Below are positions 21,794-32,818 of a stretch of 64,000 nt of DNA, one piece after another. Numbering within the stretch: position 1 is the first letter of the stretch; each line of letters begins with the position of its first letter. The notes beneath the pieces were generated by a model, which saw only the letters and a list, made by a program, of their open reading frames with translations, had not been told where the DNA came from and did no database searches. This DNA comes from a virus: the UHGV virus genome UHGV-0139776; one strand, written 5' to 3'. The position numbers were made by a program, and so were the translations under genes.

Positions 21794-22593
21794 TCACTAT
21801 TACCAAAGAGCGACTGCTGACAATCAAGCAGTGGCGCGAAACATACGGACCTGGTAGCAACGTTGTACTGCCAGCAGAAGAAGCGGAAGAACTGGCACGA
21901 ATTGCTCTGGCATCGCTGGAAGCAGAACCGGTTGCAGTAAACGACGACATGGCTTACGCATTCCATCACGCATTGTCAGATTCATCGCTAGGCGCTGATG
22001 AAGTAGAGGAAATTAAGGCCGGTTTGCGTGCTGCCTTTGCCAACGTCACTATCCAACCAGAGCCGGTAGTGCCGGATGAAATCGAGTTAGCAATTGAAAA
22101 CCTCAAGCAGAAATTAGTGGAATGCAATCGCTATAACTACTGCGCAGATGCAGTGAAGAACGTTGAGGATGCCTGCCACGCTGCCATGCTTCAGGGTAGC
22201 CAACCTGTAAGCCAAACTTACAAGTTGCCAGTTAATACACCTTGCCAAGATGCGCCAGCCCATATCTGGCTGCAAACAGCTGGAGTATGGCCAGAAGATG
22301 GCGAGTTAAGCGAATTAACGTGGTGCAGCCACAATCAGCACCATGATGACACGCTATATGTTCGAGCTGACCTTGTGAATGGCAACTATCCGGTAACTCC
22401 GGATGGTTGGATAAGCTGTAGTGAGCGAATGCCCGCTCAAGATGATTGGATTTTAATTTATTCAAAGCACGGCGAGTATATGGCAGGACAGGTACAAGGG
22501 GAATACGTGGAGTTGAGCGACGGCACTTTATCGTGGTTAGGGAACGCCTTGTACTGGATGCCGCTACCAGAACCGCCGCAGGAGGCGAAATGA
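21790..22593 (+). CDS. DUF551-like phage protein
   Basis: C-terminal W...ERMP...YWMPLPEPP signature. Confidence 0.5.
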   Translation: MITITKERLLTIKQWRETYGPGSNVVLPAEEAEELARIALASLEAEPVAVNDDMAYAFHHALSDSSLGADEVEEIKAGLRAAFANVTIQPEPVVPDEIELAIENLKQKLVECNRYNYCADAVKNVEDACHAAMLQGSQPVSQTYKLPVNTPCQDAPAHIWLQTAGVWPEDGELSELTWCSHNQHHDDTLYVRADLVNGNYPVTPDGWISCSERMPAQDDWILIYSKHGEYMAGQVQGEYVELSDGTLSWLGNALYWMPLPEPPQEAK

Positions 22594-22850
22594 TGGATGT
22601 AAAAGAGAAGGTTTTGCAGGTGATGCGTTCCCGGGCTGCCCTGCAAGATAAAGCTCTCGGCGGGGAATATCCATTCAGGATGGCAACCTGGAATCTGCGG
22701 TTGGCAATGGAGAAGGAATTTCCTGATGAAGAATGGCGTTCGGCAGATTTGCGCAAAATTCTTATGGAGATGGCTAAAGATGGAACAGTATCCAAAGATA
22801 CCCATGCCAGCCGGATTGGTCAGGCGGTATGGAGACTGGAGGTGAGATAA
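22590..22850 (+). CDS. hypothetical protein
   Basis: 86-aa ORF, ATG overlaps previous stop. Confidence 0.4.
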   Translation: MMDVKEKVLQVMRSRAALQDKALGGEYPFRMATWNLRLAMEKEFPDEEWRSADLRKILMEMAKDGTVSKDTHASRIGQAVWRLEVR

Positions 22851-22935
22851 TGAGCTGGCCTGAAGCATTCGCAACGGTAGGAATTGTGATGGCGGCAGCA
22901 CTGGGTTTGTATTCAATTTGTCGCTGGTGGTAACG

Positions 22936-23169
22936 ATGGGAAAATTAACTTTTGTAGTCGAATTTGAGGATGGTAAAGAGCCACCTGTTAGCGCCAATCT
23001 TGATGTTGCTGGTGGCAGGCTTGTTTCGGTTCTATTTGGTGACTACCGAGATGATTTCTTCCAACCAGAAGAAGTTGATGTGGTGCGAGAGGCATTAAAC
23101 GAGTTAAGTGTTGATAACGATGATGCTCATGCGGAAATCATCCAAAAAATGGAGCTGCTAACTCACTAA
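22936..23169 (+). CDS. hypothetical protein
   Basis: 77-aa acidic ORF. Confidence 0.35.
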   Translation: MGKLTFVVEFEDGKEPPVSANLDVAGGRLVSVLFGDYRDDFFQPEEVDVVREALNELSVDNDDAHAEIIQKMELLTH

Positions 23170-23347
23170 ATTATCAATTATGGTGCTATCACCTACGACA
23201 CCGAGAGAAAATTTATAATGTCAAAAGTAAATGTTTTGATTTTTTCAGCAATTGTTGGCTTTGGTTTTACTGCCGGAGTGCAGATTTATATTACGTGGGA
23301 AAAAATCATCAACTACGCATGGAGTTGTTTTATTAAGTGAGGTAAGT

Positions 23348-23641
23348 ATGTGGAGAGGTAATAGTCATGGCAAAAGCCAGATGATACTTACCGGATATCA
23401 GCTCGACCACAAAACCAATAAATCACGTTCAGTATATTTGCTTCGCCACAATAGCCGCGTAAGGAATACCGTACTGGAGCAAAATCTGACCGTTGAAATG
23501 GATAATTACGGGGGCTTCAAGCCAACAATATCGCTTGATGATTTTCCTCGTGGTTTAAGCGAAAGAGAAGCAATGCTGAAATTAGCAGAATGGCTACAAA
23601 GATTAAGCATTGCTATTGAAGATAACTGGTCTGAACCTTAA
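23348..23641 (+). CDS. hypothetical protein
   Basis: 97-aa ORF. Confidence 0.35.
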   Translation: MWRGNSHGKSQMILTGYQLDHKTNKSRSVYLLRHNSRVRNTVLEQNLTVEMDNYGGFKPTISLDDFPRGLSEREAMLKLAEWLQRLSIAIEDNWSEP

Positions 23642-23647
23642 ATTTAT

Positions 23648-24022
23648 ATGATGACACTAAAACATTTTCTTGACCGCCCATTATGGGCGGCAGCCGCAGG
23701 CTATGACTTTAATTATATGGATTGCATGTCTTATACTGCCAATGCATACGACCATTCGTTCAGCCTGCTGTTTAATTCTTTAAGAATATTGCCGGAAACA
23801 GAAGTTGGAGAGCTTCATTTATGGCTATTGGGCTTTATCGCGGCTGTCGTTGGTATTGCTGTATGGCCTTTTATTTTCTGGCTGGTGGCTGTTGTAGTGT
23901 GGTTTAAGTGCAAGACATACCGGAAAAAGTATTTCTTAGGTGATGGAATGACTGATATTGCCAAAATGAACATTGAAAAATGGATTAAGGAATGTGAAAA
24001 GAAATGGCGCAAAAAGAAATGA
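23648..24022 (+). CDS. membrane protein
   Basis: two predicted TM helices (LWLLGFIAAVVGIAVWPFIFWLVAVVVWF), lysine-rich tail. Confidence 0.45.
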   Translation: MMTLKHFLDRPLWAAAAGYDFNYMDCMSYTANAYDHSFSLLFNSLRILPETEVGELHLWLLGFIAAVVGIAVWPFIFWLVAVVVWFKCKTYRKKYFLGDGMTDIAKMNIEKWIKECEKKWRKKK

Positions 24023-24654
24023 CCAGAATCACTGAAGAGCGTATATCAGAGATTATTTCCCGTATCGAAATGTATGGTCACGGTGCTGGATATACGGCAG
24101 ATGAAGTATTGGAAATAGCCCAGCAGATGCTGGCCTTGAGACAAAAAGAGCAACATGAAAGTAATACGTGTAGATTGAATTTTGAGCAGTGGCTGGAACA
24201 GCAACGCGGAAAAATCGATGTGGACTGTGGTTGTGTGTCCACTGAAACATTCATGCACTGGCTGCGGGTAGCTTACGAGGCTGGCAACTATCCGGATATT
24301 CCGGATAGTTCGGTGCCAGCGCCAGGAAAGGGCGTCACCGGTGAACGTATCCGCATTAAGCCGCATGTTTATCGCGAACTGGTTAACCGTCTCCACGATA
24401 CAGCGATCAAGTGTGCTGGCACCCAGCAATTACGAGAAAGAATTAGCCGAGTTTTGGGCGACGTTATTACGCCAGATCATCATAAACAAGCCGAGAAAAG
24501 TGGCTTGGAAAGGTGTCACCTTGAGGCGGCATTAAACATTAAGCCGGGGCATACGCTTGGCATTATTGATGCACTATTGGTTCATAAGATGGCCAGGGCT
24601 TTATTGCCGCTGGTGGCTGAAAAGCATGAGGCGGACCATGCCAACGAAAGCTGA
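24004..24654 (+). CDS. hypothetical protein
   Basis: 216-aa ORF. Confidence 0.45.
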   Translation: MAQKEMTRITEERISEIISRIEMYGHGAGYTADEVLEIAQQMLALRQKEQHESNTCRLNFEQWLEQQRGKIDVDCGCVSTETFMHWLRVAYEAGNYPDIPDSSVPAPGKGVTGERIRIKPHVYRELVNRLHDTAIKCAGTQQLRERISRVLGDVITPDHHKQAEKSGLERCHLEAALNIKPGHTLGIIDALLVHKMARALLPLVAEKHEADHANES

Positions 24655-24922
24655 GTTACAGGCGCGCATAGAGATTCTTGAAAAAGAGAATGCGAGTCTA
24701 AAAGGAATGCTGGCGCGGGCGGAAAGGGAATTATCAGGAAAATTATTGCCAGAAGAGCTGCCACCAGCAGATATACCTGATCGAGTGTCCTGGTGGATGA
24801 AGTATTTCCGTGCACCGTGGGAGGCGTTTTGGTGCTACGACCATCGCAGATGGTGTGATGAGCTTGATAGCAGTTTCCCCTATTTTGCGGAAGGGAACTC
24901 TTGCCCTGAATGTAGGAGTTAA
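24638..24922 (+). CDS. coiled-coil/Cys-rich protein, paralogue A
   Basis: C-terminus WEAFWCYDHRRWCDELDSSFPYFAEGNSCPEC. Confidence 0.4.
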   Translation: MPTKAELQARIEILEKENASLKGMLARAERELSGKLLPEELPPADIPDRVSWWMKYFRAPWEAFWCYDHRRWCDELDSSFPYFAEGNSCPECRS

Positions 24923-25230
24923 TGATGACCGGCGAGCTTTATTTTAAAATGGCACGGGAGCGGCGTGTGCATCTGGATCGGATATTTCATCTCCAGAAGA
25001 GAGTAGAAGAACTGGAACGTCGTCTGAACTGTTATCCTGTTGATATGGTGTCTGCAATACCGCCGATTCCAATAGAAATGCAGATCCGCCTATGGATGGA
25101 AGAATATGGAATGCCGTGGGAGATATTTTTCTGCTTCGACCATAAACAGTGGGTAGATGAGCTGGATAATAGTTTCCCATATTTCACAGAGAACACATGC
25201 CCAGTATGCAGGAAGAGAAAGGAATCATGA
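24922..25230 (+). CDS. coiled-coil/Cys-rich protein, paralogue B
   Basis: C-terminus WEIFFCFDHKQWVDELDNSFPYFTENTCPVC. Confidence 0.45.
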   Translation: MMTGELYFKMARERRVHLDRIFHLQKRVEELERRLNCYPVDMVSAIPPIPIEMQIRLWMEEYGMPWEIFFCFDHKQWVDELDNSFPYFTENTCPVCRKRKES

Positions 25231-25484
25231 TTCTCCCGCGTCCGCGCCCACCGAAAATGGAGAAAAAAAGGATGATTAATGGCTATCAGCCGCATACCCC
25301 AGAAATACAAGGGAGCGAGGGGCTTAAACCACCACTAGCACCACGGAACGCATCATTACGGCGAGAGTTAATATTAACTTTGTCGCCCGTTCTGGCTGCC
25401 CGCCAGGATTGGGTAAGTAATGATGACCTGGCAGAAAAAATCACATCGCTGGTGGATAAAATTCTGCATAAAGCTGATCTCTGA
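25197..25484 (+). CDS. hypothetical protein
   Basis: 95-aa ORF upstream of the lipoprotein gene. Confidence 0.4.
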   Translation: MPSMQEEKGIMILPRPRPPKMEKKRMINGYQPHTPEIQGSEGLKPPLAPRNASLRRELILTLSPVLAARQDWVSNDDLAEKITSLVDKILHKADL

Positions 25485-25497
25485 TCACCATGCTAAA

Positions 25498-25525
25498 ATC
25501 CCCTCAATTCACAGAGGGGATTTTT
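25498..25525 (+). terminator. rho-independent terminator
   Basis: ATCCCCTC-loop-GAGGGGAT followed by TTTT. Confidence 0.6.
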
Positions 25526-25529
25526 GTCT

Positions 25530-25796
25530 ATGTTGTATAGAGTTTTATGGAAAAGCGTTATTGTCGGCGCGATACTGGCTATATCTGGGTGTGCAATGGT
25601 GCAATACAACGACGGTGAAAAGGTAAGCATACAGTCAGATGGTTGGTATGGCCTTGATAGCTTGCAAAAAACCGCAGATAAAGCCTGTCAGCAATATGGG
25701 AAGTCTAAAGCCGTATATCAGCATAGCGCGAACGCTAATCCCCATCTCGCTCCCGGTTCGGGTGTTCAGAATACCATCTGGAAATGTGAGCTTTAA
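25530..25796 (+). CDS. lipoprotein
   Basis: signal peptide with lipobox AISGC. Confidence 0.6.
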   Translation: MLYRVLWKSVIVGAILAISGCAMVQYNDGEKVSIQSDGWYGLDSLQKTADKACQQYGKSKAVYQHSANANPHLAPGSGVQNTIWKCEL

Positions 25797-25798
25797 AC

Positions 25799-26038
25799 AT
25801 GAGCAACTGCAATATTGCAGCTAAAAGCCAGGAAGAGCGAGACAAGGTGAACGTAGACCTTGCCGCCAGCGGCGTTGCTTACAAAGAACGACTGAATATA
25901 CCGGTGATTGCAGAGCAGGTGGCCCGTGAGCAACCGGAAAACCTGCGCGCCTATTTCATGGAACGGCTACGGCACTACAGGCAGTTAAGCCTCCAGTTGC
26001 CAAAAGGGAGCGATCCGGCATATCAGAAAACAGAATAG
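25799..26038 (+). CDS. hot: DNA polymerase III theta-subunit homologue
   Basis: [39 protein letters not shown] closely parallels E. coli HolE. Confidence 0.85.
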   Translation: MSNCNIAAKSQEERDKVNVDLAASGVAYKERLNIPVIAEQVAREQPENLRAYFMERLRHYRQLSLQLPKGSDPAYQKTE

Positions 26039-26049
26039 TTGTTAGGCTA

Positions 26050-26412
26050 TTACGCAATGCCCGCGCCATTCTTAGCGGGTTTTAAGCCATATTCACCGTT
26101 GTAGAAATTACTCATGTTCCATTCATTGGGAAGCTCTTTTCTGTCCAATGTATAGTGGCGCACGATATAACGATCTTCATCTTCTTCGATGGACAGGCGG
26201 ACATAGCCAATGTGAATTACCGATACGGGCGGCGTCCGTATTGCATAGATGTCGCGGAGATATACCGGTAGCTCGACAAATGCATCAGGTGTATCTGTGA
26301 TGCTCATTTTTTCACAGTATTCATATAACGCATCGTTGATATCGTTAAGAGATTCATGATCGTATATTTCCAGGTAATTACCGCGATCGCGATGGTACTC
26401 GATTTTAGCCAT
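26050..26412 (-). CDS. hypothetical protein
   Basis: 120-aa ORF coupled to upstream gene. Confidence 0.45.
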   Translation of the reverse strand: MAKIEYHRDRGNYLEIYDHESLNDINDALYEYCEKMSITDTPDAFVELPVYLRDIYAIRTPPVSVIHIGYVRLSIEEDEDRYIVRHYTLDRKELPNEWNMSNFYNGEYGLKPAKNGAGIA

Positions 26413-26997
26413 TCAAAATCCCCTGTTATCGTTTTGCATTTCTCTAATCCGGTTCAGAACTACTTCGTGCTGGGCTTGGATAGCGGCTTTTTCGTTTTCA
26501 AGCCGGGCAATAGACATCTCTAATTCTTTGCTGTACCAGGCGAGTTGGGCCAGGTTCATCTGGTTGTGGTCGAGAGTTGGAGACACTTCGACGCGATCCC
26601 TTTCTTCTTGCTTTAATGAGAAGAGATTCATCTCATCCCTTGAGGAAAATTCAGCAACAATTTCTTGTTGATGATCCGGTCGCTGCGGCATCCTCGCCAG
26701 TATAAATGGCGGTTCTTTTGAAAACATAAATGTCGGTTCAGAACGTGTTTTCACCCATCTAGCCTGCTGTCTTTCGGCAAGTTCACAGGCTTCATCATAG
26801 TTATTTGCCAAACCAAGCACGGATGGACGGTCCCACGCGCCACCATTCAGACAATAAACAACAATTTTCCCGTCAGGTTGTGTAACCCCATAGGGATGGT
26901 CCCACCAGGCGTCCAGCTGAGCTTTAGAGCGTTTCTCGTTAGGAGTGCAGTCAAAATTTTTGGGCAATACAGGATCGAGAGGAATGCGATTAGGCAT
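26413..26997 (-). CDS. hypothetical protein, divergent from humD
   Basis: 194-aa ORF; promoter region shared with the LexA box. Confidence 0.45.
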   Translation of the reverse strand: MPNRIPLDPVLPKNFDCTPNEKRSKAQLDAWWDHPYGVTQPDGKIVVYCLNGGAWDRPSVLGLANNYDEACELAERQQARWVKTRSEPTFMFSKEPPFILARMPQRPDHQQEIVAEFSSRDEMNLFSLKQEERDRVEVSPTLDHNQMNLAQLAWYSKELEMSIARLENEKAAIQAQHEVVLNRIREMQNDNRGF

Positions 26998-27134
26998 AGC
27001 TAATTCCTTATTAACTGATTGGCAACGAGGTTACGCTGATCCGTTGGTGATGAATAGTAGCAAAGAGCACAAAATCATCAGCGGTGGTTGATGTACGTAA
27101 CGCGTTTGCACCAAAGGTGTCTCTTTAATGTATA

Positions 27135-27150
27135 CTGTATAAATGAACAG
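27135..27150. promoter_or_regulatory. LexA box CTGT-N8-ACAG
   Basis: TACTGTATAAATGAACAGTA, 22 bp upstream of humD. Confidence 0.8.
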
Positions 27151-27171
27151 TATTGTTGAGGTAAAAACGCT

Positions 27172-27561
27172 ATGGGCTTCCCTTCTCCTGCGGCGGATTA
27201 TGTTGAAAGCCGAATTTCTCTTGATCAGCAACTAATCAGGCATCCATCAGCAACCTACTTCATGCGGGCAGCTGATAGCCATCACCGTGAGGGAATATTG
27301 CAGGGTGCTTTGCTGGTGGTTGATTCCTCGCTTACTCCGGTTGATGGTTCTCTGCTTGTGTGCGCTATGGAGGGTGAATATCGCATAAAGAGATACCGAA
27401 AGTATCCGCGCCAGCACCTGGAGGATTTAAGCACCGGGAAGAAAGAGGCGTTACCAGTAGATGACGATGGTTACACGGGTAGTAATGCTGTTTTTGGTGT
27501 GATCACTCATGTCATCAATGATGCCCGAAGTGGGGAATTTGATGATTGTCCGGTGATTTAA
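27172..27561 (+). CDS. humD: UmuD-like SOS mutagenesis protein
   Basis: S24 peptidase/UmuD' fold ending ...VFGVITHVIN. Confidence 0.85.
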   Translation: MGFPSPAADYVESRISLDQQLIRHPSATYFMRAADSHHREGILQGALLVVDSSLTPVDGSLLVCAMEGEYRIKRYRKYPRQHLEDLSTGKKEALPVDDDGYTGSNAVFGVITHVINDARSGEFDDCPVI

Positions 27562-27633
27562 GCTGCAAAGTGCTGGTGCTTTATGCCTGTGAAGTTTATA
27601 ATTGTGTACACATAACGAGTACACGAGGTGTTT

Positions 27634-27855
27634 ATGCAATCCATTAACTTCCGTACCGCGCGCGGCAACCTTTCTGAAGTGCTCAACAATGTTGAAGCCG
27701 GGGAAGAGGTTGAAATCACCCGCAGAGGCCGTGAGCCAGCAGTAATTGTCAGCAAGGCTACTTTCGAAGCCTACAAAAAAGCGGCGCTGGATGCTGAATT
27801 TGCATCCCTGTTTGACACCCTGGACTCCACCAACAAGGAACTGGTTAACCGATAA
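27634..27855 (+). CDS. phd: Phd antitoxin
   Basis: 73-aa [39 protein letters not shown]. Confidence 0.9.
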   Translation: MQSINFRTARGNLSEVLNNVEAGEEVEITRRGREPAVIVSKATFEAYKKAALDAEFASLFDTLDSTNKELVNR

Positions 27856-28235
27856 TGAGGCATATATCACCGGAAGAACTTATTGCGCTTCATGATGCGA
27901 ATATAAACCGCTACGGCGGCCTGCCGGGAATGTCAGATCCGGGTAGGGCAGAGGCCATTATCGGGAGAGTTCAGGCCAGAGTTGCCTACGAAGAGATCAC
28001 CGACCTTTTCGAAGTCTCCGCCACCTACCTGGTGGCTACAGCGAGAGGGCATATATTCAATGATGCCAATAAGCGTACCGCGCTAAACAGTGCGCTGTTA
28101 TTTCTACGCCGTAACGGGGTGCAAGTATTTGATTCACCTGAACTGGCAGACCTTACCGTAGGGGCTGCGACCGGAGAGATATCTGTATCTTCTGTCGCCG
28201 ACACGTTACGTAGATTGTATGGTTCCGCGGAGTAG
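27855..28235 (+). CDS. doc: Doc toxin (Fic-fold kinase)
   Basis: 126 aa; ATGA overlap with phd; Fic-like motif [11 protein letters not shown]. Confidence 0.9.
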   Translation: MRHISPEELIALHDANINRYGGLPGMSDPGRAEAIIGRVQARVAYEEITDLFEVSATYLVATARGHIFNDANKRTALNSALLFLRRNGVQVFDSPELADLTVGAATGEISVSSVADTLRRLYGSAE

Positions 28236-28239
28236 ATTA

Positions 28240-28419
28240 ATGGCACGTAAATACAACAAATTGTCCCGTGAAGCGTTAAAGATGCTTCTTGATGGCGTGA
28301 GTCGCCGCAAGGTAAAGCAATACCTGGTTGGTAAGCAAATTGGTGCCAGGACCGCTATTGCTGTGTTATGCCGTCAGGAAATGGTTGTGCTTAAACAGAG
28401 AATGCCGGGCAGCAGATAA
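28240..28419 (+). CDS. small basic protein downstream of doc
   Basis: ATG 5 nt after doc stop. Confidence 0.4.
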   Translation: MARKYNKLSREALKMLLDGVSRRKVKQYLVGKQIGARTAIAVLCRQEMVVLKQRMPGSR

Positions 28420-28446
28420 AGCCCAATCAGTGATGAAAGGTGTGAT

Positions 28447-29490
28447 GTGAAAGCCGTAATTACTCCCTTTGTACAGAAAGAGCTTGGCCTCGCCACGTTC
28501 AAAGTGGATCAGGAGGTCAGAAAGCTGGTGGAGGCTGGCCGTAAATTTATTATGGAGCCGGTGCCGCGTGAGTTAATCGAGCACATGGAAGACGGCCTCG
28601 TTGTTACCGAGCAAACCATGGCAACAAATGAGGCGTTGCAGCCGTTTTTTAACAGCGATGAACTGTTTCGCCGTATTGGTGGAATTGACGCGCTGGTGGC
28701 GTGGTTGCGCAGGAAAGAGGGACAATGCCAGGCCGCAGATCGTAGCTGGTGTGACAACCATATTGTCCACGCAGAACGAGACAATAGCGCGGTGTTGTTG
28801 TGCTGGCATCACGATAACCATTACCGGATGCGTGGTTTTAATGAGCTGAAAGAAACGCTGCATAATAATCGCGTTAACTGGATACTGGATGTCGCCCGTC
28901 AGGAAATGGGGCTTTCAGATGGCCATGATTTAAGTATTCAGGAACTGTGCTGGTGGGCTTTCATGCGCAACATGATGCACCTGATGCCGGAAGAAGTTTG
29001 CCGTATATCAATAAATAAGATGAAAGCCGCAACGCAGGATAGCGGACCTCTGAAAGAGGCGGATATTCGCCCGTATGACGATCGCGCTACAGCATATGTT
29101 CAGATGATGGAAGAACGCGCCGCGCCGATGCGTGCAAAAGTATGCCCTGTGGATGTTGACTCCGACCCTGGCATGGCGCATTTCAAAATACCAAAACTGC
29201 AATCGCTAAAATTACCTGAGTACATGGACTTTGTTGCTTCCCGTCCATGCTGTGGGTGTGGAGCTGCGGGAGCTGGCGCTCACATTACGCCTTATATCGT
29301 TCGTCATAGTCGATTATGCGCGCATGACATTTATGCGATTCCTCTGTGCCAGTCATGCCAGCGTGATATTGAGCGTGACCGCGATAATTGGGAGAAAACA
29401 CACGGCAGGCTGGCGATGCATCAACGATTGTTCTTTGATTACGCGCTTGGAGTCGGCGCTATCACAAGTCATTCGTCGAGTGTTAGATAA
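28447..29490 (+). CDS. hypothetical Cys/His-rich protein
   Basis: 347-aa ORF; [13 protein letters not shown] and CQSC motifs. Confidence 0.5.
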   Translation: MKAVITPFVQKELGLATFKVDQEVRKLVEAGRKFIMEPVPRELIEHMEDGLVVTEQTMATNEALQPFFNSDELFRRIGGIDALVAWLRRKEGQCQAADRSWCDNHIVHAERDNSAVLLCWHHDNHYRMRGFNELKETLHNNRVNWILDVARQEMGLSDGHDLSIQELCWWAFMRNMMHLMPEEVCRISINKMKAATQDSGPLKEADIRPYDDRATAYVQMMEERAAPMRAKVCPVDVDSDPGMAHFKIPKLQSLKLPEYMDFVASRPCCGCGAAGAGAHITPYIVRHSRLCAHDIYAIPLCQSCQRDIERDRDNWEKTHGRLAMHQRLFFDYALGVGAITSHSSSVR

Positions 29491-29491
29491 A

Positions 29492-29508
29492 ATTGCTCTA
29501 ATGTGTTG
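29492..29508 (+). promoter_or_regulatory. C1 operator-like site
   Basis: ATTGCTCTAATGTGTTG directly after the stop, upstream of lpa. Confidence 0.6.
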
Positions 29509-29578
29509 CTATTTCTTTAATCGAGGGTATTATATTCCACGTTGATTAGTTGACATGGGCTAATCAGTAGGTGACAGG

Positions 29579-30031
29579 ATGTTACTTAACTGGCAGGGAC
29601 GCCACTTCATGGAAATAAATCACTCACGAATAACATCGTATGAGATTGCGGATTACATGATCCGCACTAAATCTCTTCTATCAGCGAAAGAACTCGCAGC
29701 AATCCTTGAAAAGGAATACCCGCATCTGGATGTCGATAAGCGCGACGTTTATCTGCGCTTAAAGGCTATCGCTGTGTCTAAGTATTCGTCTGTTTTGATT
29801 GATGACAGTACACGCCCACGTAGATTTCAGATCCACTCTCTGAACCCTGAATTCTTTCGCCGCAGCCGCGCACCGCGCCGGTTTGATGAAAAACTCCAGA
29901 ACGAACTCTATATGACGCAGGACGAAAAGGAACGCCGGGAGCACCAGCCTTGGGTAATGGCGCGTCAACTTTTCAATAAGGTGGCCCGTCAGCACCGTAA
30001 TTACGGTAATGCCACATCCGCACGTATCTGA
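29579..30031 (+). CDS. lpa: late promoter activator-like protein
   Basis: 150-aa basic protein at the P1 lpa position (operator upstream, pacA downstream). Confidence 0.6.
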   Translation: MLLNWQGRHFMEINHSRITSYEIADYMIRTKSLLSAKELAAILEKEYPHLDVDKRDVYLRLKAIAVSKYSSVLIDDSTRPRRFQIHSLNPEFFRRSRAPRRFDEKLQNELYMTQDEKERREHQPWVMARQLFNKVARQHRNYGNATSARI

Positions 30032-30116
30032 TTGATTGCTTGCCCGTTCCGGGCCTTTTGACATGTGACTTTCGTTACCCTCGCGTCAAAAAGAGTTTTT
30101 ACGAAAGGAAGCATAA

Positions 30117-31310
30117 GTGACCTGGGACGATCACAAGAAGAATTTTGCTCGCCTGGCGCGAGATGGTGGTTACACCATCGCACAGTATGCCGCCGAGTTT
30201 AATCTTAACCCTAATACCGCACGTCGTTATCTCCGTGCCTTCAAAGAAGACACCAGGACAGCGGACAGCCGCAAGCCAAATAAGCCAGTCAGGAAGCCAC
30301 TAAAAAGCATGATCATTGATCACTCTAATGATCAACATTCAGGTGATCACATTGCGGCGGAAATAGCGGAAAAACAAAGAGTTAATGCCGTTGTCAGTGC
30401 CGCAGTAGAGAATGCGAAGCGCCAAAATAAGCGCATAAATGATCGTTCAGATGATCATGACGTGATCACCCGCGCCCACCGGACCTTACGTGATCGCCTG
30501 GAACGCGACACCCTGGATGATGATGGTGAACGCTTTGAATTCGAAGCTGGCGATTACCTGATAGATAACGTTGAAGCGCGGAAGGCCGCGCGCGCTATGT
30601 TGCGTCGGTCCGGGGCCGATGTTCTGGAAACCACTCTTCTTGAAAAGTCTCTTTCTCATCTCCTTATGCTGGAGAACGCCAGGGATACGTGTATTCGCTT
30701 GGTGCAGGAAATGCGCGATCAGCAAAAAGCCGATGATGAAGGTACTCCGCCTGAATACCGTATCGCGAGCATGCTAAACAGCTGTTCCGCGCAGATAAGC
30801 AGCCTGATCAACACCATTTACAGCATCCGGAATAACTATCGAAAAGAAAGCCGGGAGGCGGAAAAGCACGCTTTATCTATGGGGCAAGCTGGCATTGTTA
30901 AGCTGGCATACGAACGAAAGCGTGAAAATAACTGGTCAGTGCTGGAAGCGGCTGAATTCATCGAGGCGCATGGAGGGAAAGTGCCGCCCCTGATGCTGGA
31001 ACAAATCAAAGCCGATCTGCGTGCTCCTAAGACAAATACCGATGATGAGGAAAGGCAAACTGCCGTCGGTGGCCCTTCTCTTGAAGATCTGGACAAAGTT
31101 GCGCGAGAACGGGCCGCCAACCGCCGCGCCGATGCTGCATTGTGGATTGAGCAACGTAGGGAAGAAATCGCCGATATCGTTGATACAGGCGGTTATGGAG
31201 ATGTTGATACTGAAGGTGTATCAAACGAACCATGGCTGGAACAAGACCTGGACGAAGACGAGGAGGAAGACGAAGAAGTTACCCGCAAGCTATACGGGGA
31301 TGATGATTAA
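30117..31310 (+). CDS. pacA: terminase small subunit PacA
   Basis: 397 aa, contains the pac site in its 5' part, acidic C-terminus. Confidence 0.85.
   Translation: MTWDDHKKNFARLARDGGYTIAQYAAEFNLNPNTARRYLRAFKEDTRTADSRKPNKPVRKPLKSMIIDHSNDQHSGDHIAAEIAEKQRVNAVVSAAVENAKRQNKRINDRSDDHDVITRAHRTLRDRLERDTLDDDGERFEFEAGDYLIDNVEARKAARAMLRRSGADVLETTLLEKSLSHLLMLENARDTCIRLVQEMRDQQKADDEGTPPEYRIASMLNSCSAQISSLINTIYSIRNNYRKESREAEKHALSMGQAGIVKLAYERKRENNWSVLEAAEFIEAHGGKVPPLMLEQIKADLRAPKTNTDDEERQTAVGGPSLEDLDKVARERAANRRADAALWIEQRREEIADIVDTGGYGDVDTEGVSNEPWLEQDLDEDEEEDEEVTRKLYGDDD
30310..30468. other. pac packaging site
   Basis: four TGATCA hexamers (30310-30349) and three TGATCR hexamers (30440-30468) as in P1 pac. 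Confidence 0.85.
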
Positions 31311-32794
31311 TGGCCAGAAGTTGCGTAACGGATCCACGTTGGCGCGAGCTGGTGGCGCTATATCGTTATGACTGGATTGCGGCCGCTGATGTTTTGTTCG
31401 GCAAAACACCTACCTGGCAGCAGGATCTGATTATTGAGTCTGTGCAGGAACAGGGTAGCAAGACATCTGTTTCGTCTGGTCACGGTACCGGGAAATCAGA
31501 CATGACTTCTATCATGATCATGTTGTTCATAATCATGTATCCCGGTGCCCGTGCCATTATCGTTGCGAACAAAATTCAGCAGGTAATGACCGGTATATTC
31601 AAGTACATCAAGATAAACTGGGCTACGGCCACCAGCCGTTTTCCATGGCTTGCTGATTATTTTGTTCTGACAGAAACCGCTTTTTATGAAGTTACTGGTA
31701 AAGGTGTATGGACTGTAGTACCGAAGGGCTTTCGTCTGGGAAGTGAAGAAGCTCTCGCAGGTGAACACGCAGATCATCTTCTGTATATTATCGATGAAGC
31801 CTCCGGTGTCAGTGATAGAGCTTTCGGTATCATCACCGGTGCTCTTACCGGACAGGATAACCGCATCTTATTGCTGTCACAGCCTACACGCCCAAGCGGC
31901 TATTTCTACGATACTCACCATAAACTGGCCAAGCGTCCTGGTAACCCTGATGGCGTTTATACGGCGATCACGCTTAACAGTGAGGAATCACCGCTGGTAA
32001 CGCCAGCATTTATCAAAATGAAGCTGGCGGAGTACGGCGGGCGTGATAACCCTATGTACATGATTAAGGTACGCGGCCTATTCCCTAAATCACAGGATGG
32101 CTTCCTTCTTGGACGTGATGAGGTTGAACGTGCAACGCGGCGGAAAGTCAAGATTGCCAAAGGATGGGGCTGGCTTGCATGTGTGGACGTTGCTGGTGGT
32201 ACGGGACGGGATAAGTCCGTTATCAATATCATGATGGTGTCCGGCCAGCGAAATAAACGCCGTGTAATCAACTATCGAATGCTGGAATACACAGACGTTA
32301 CAGAAACGCAGCTTGCCGCCAAAATTTTCGCAGAATGTAATCCTGAGCGATTCCCAAATATCACCATAGCGATAGACGGCGATGGCCTGGGTAAAGCAAC
32401 GGCGGATCTGATGTACGAGTATTATGGTATTACCGTACAGCGTATACGCTGGGGTAAAAAGATGCATAGCCGTGAAGATAAGAGCCTGTACTTTGATAAA
32501 CGTGCTTATGCCAACGTTCAAGCCGCAGAGGCCGTAAAATCTGGTCGTATGAGACTGGATAAGGGTAATGAAACTATTGAGGAAGCGTCGAAAATCCCTG
32601 TAGGGATTAACTCCGCAGGTCAATGGAAAGTGATGAGTAAGGAGGATATGAAGAAAAAACTCAACCTGCACTCACCAGACCATTGGGATACATATTGTTT
32701 CGCTATGCTGGCTGATTATGTTCCCCAGGATGAAGTGCTTAGCGTCGAAGACGAAGCGCAGGTTGATGAAGCTCTGGCATGGCTTAATGAATAA
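31310..32794 (+). CDS. pacB: terminase large subunit PacB
   Basis: 494 aa; Walker A-like SGHGTGKS, Walker [11 protein letters not shown]. Confidence 0.85.
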   Translation: MARSCVTDPRWRELVALYRYDWIAAADVLFGKTPTWQQDLIIESVQEQGSKTSVSSGHGTGKSDMTSIMIMLFIIMYPGARAIIVANKIQQVMTGIFKYIKINWATATSRFPWLADYFVLTETAFYEVTGKGVWTVVPKGFRLGSEEALAGEHADHLLYIIDEASGVSDRAFGIITGALTGQDNRILLLSQPTRPSGYFYDTHHKLAKRPGNPDGVYTAITLNSEESPLVTPAFIKMKLAEYGGRDNPMYMIKVRGLFPKSQDGFLLGRDEVERATRRKVKIAKGWGWLACVDVAGGTGRDKSVINIMMVSGQRNKRRVINYRMLEYTDVTETQLAAKIFAECNPERFPNITIAIDGDGLGKATADLMYEYYGITVQRIRWGKKMHSREDKSLYFDKRAYANVQAAEAVKSGRMRLDKGNETIEEASKIPVGINSAGQWKVMSKEDMKKKLNLHSPDHWDTYCFAMLADYVPQDEVLSVEDEAQVDEALAWLNE

Positions 32795-32818
32795 CTCATT
32801 GACCATGCCGGATAGAAA

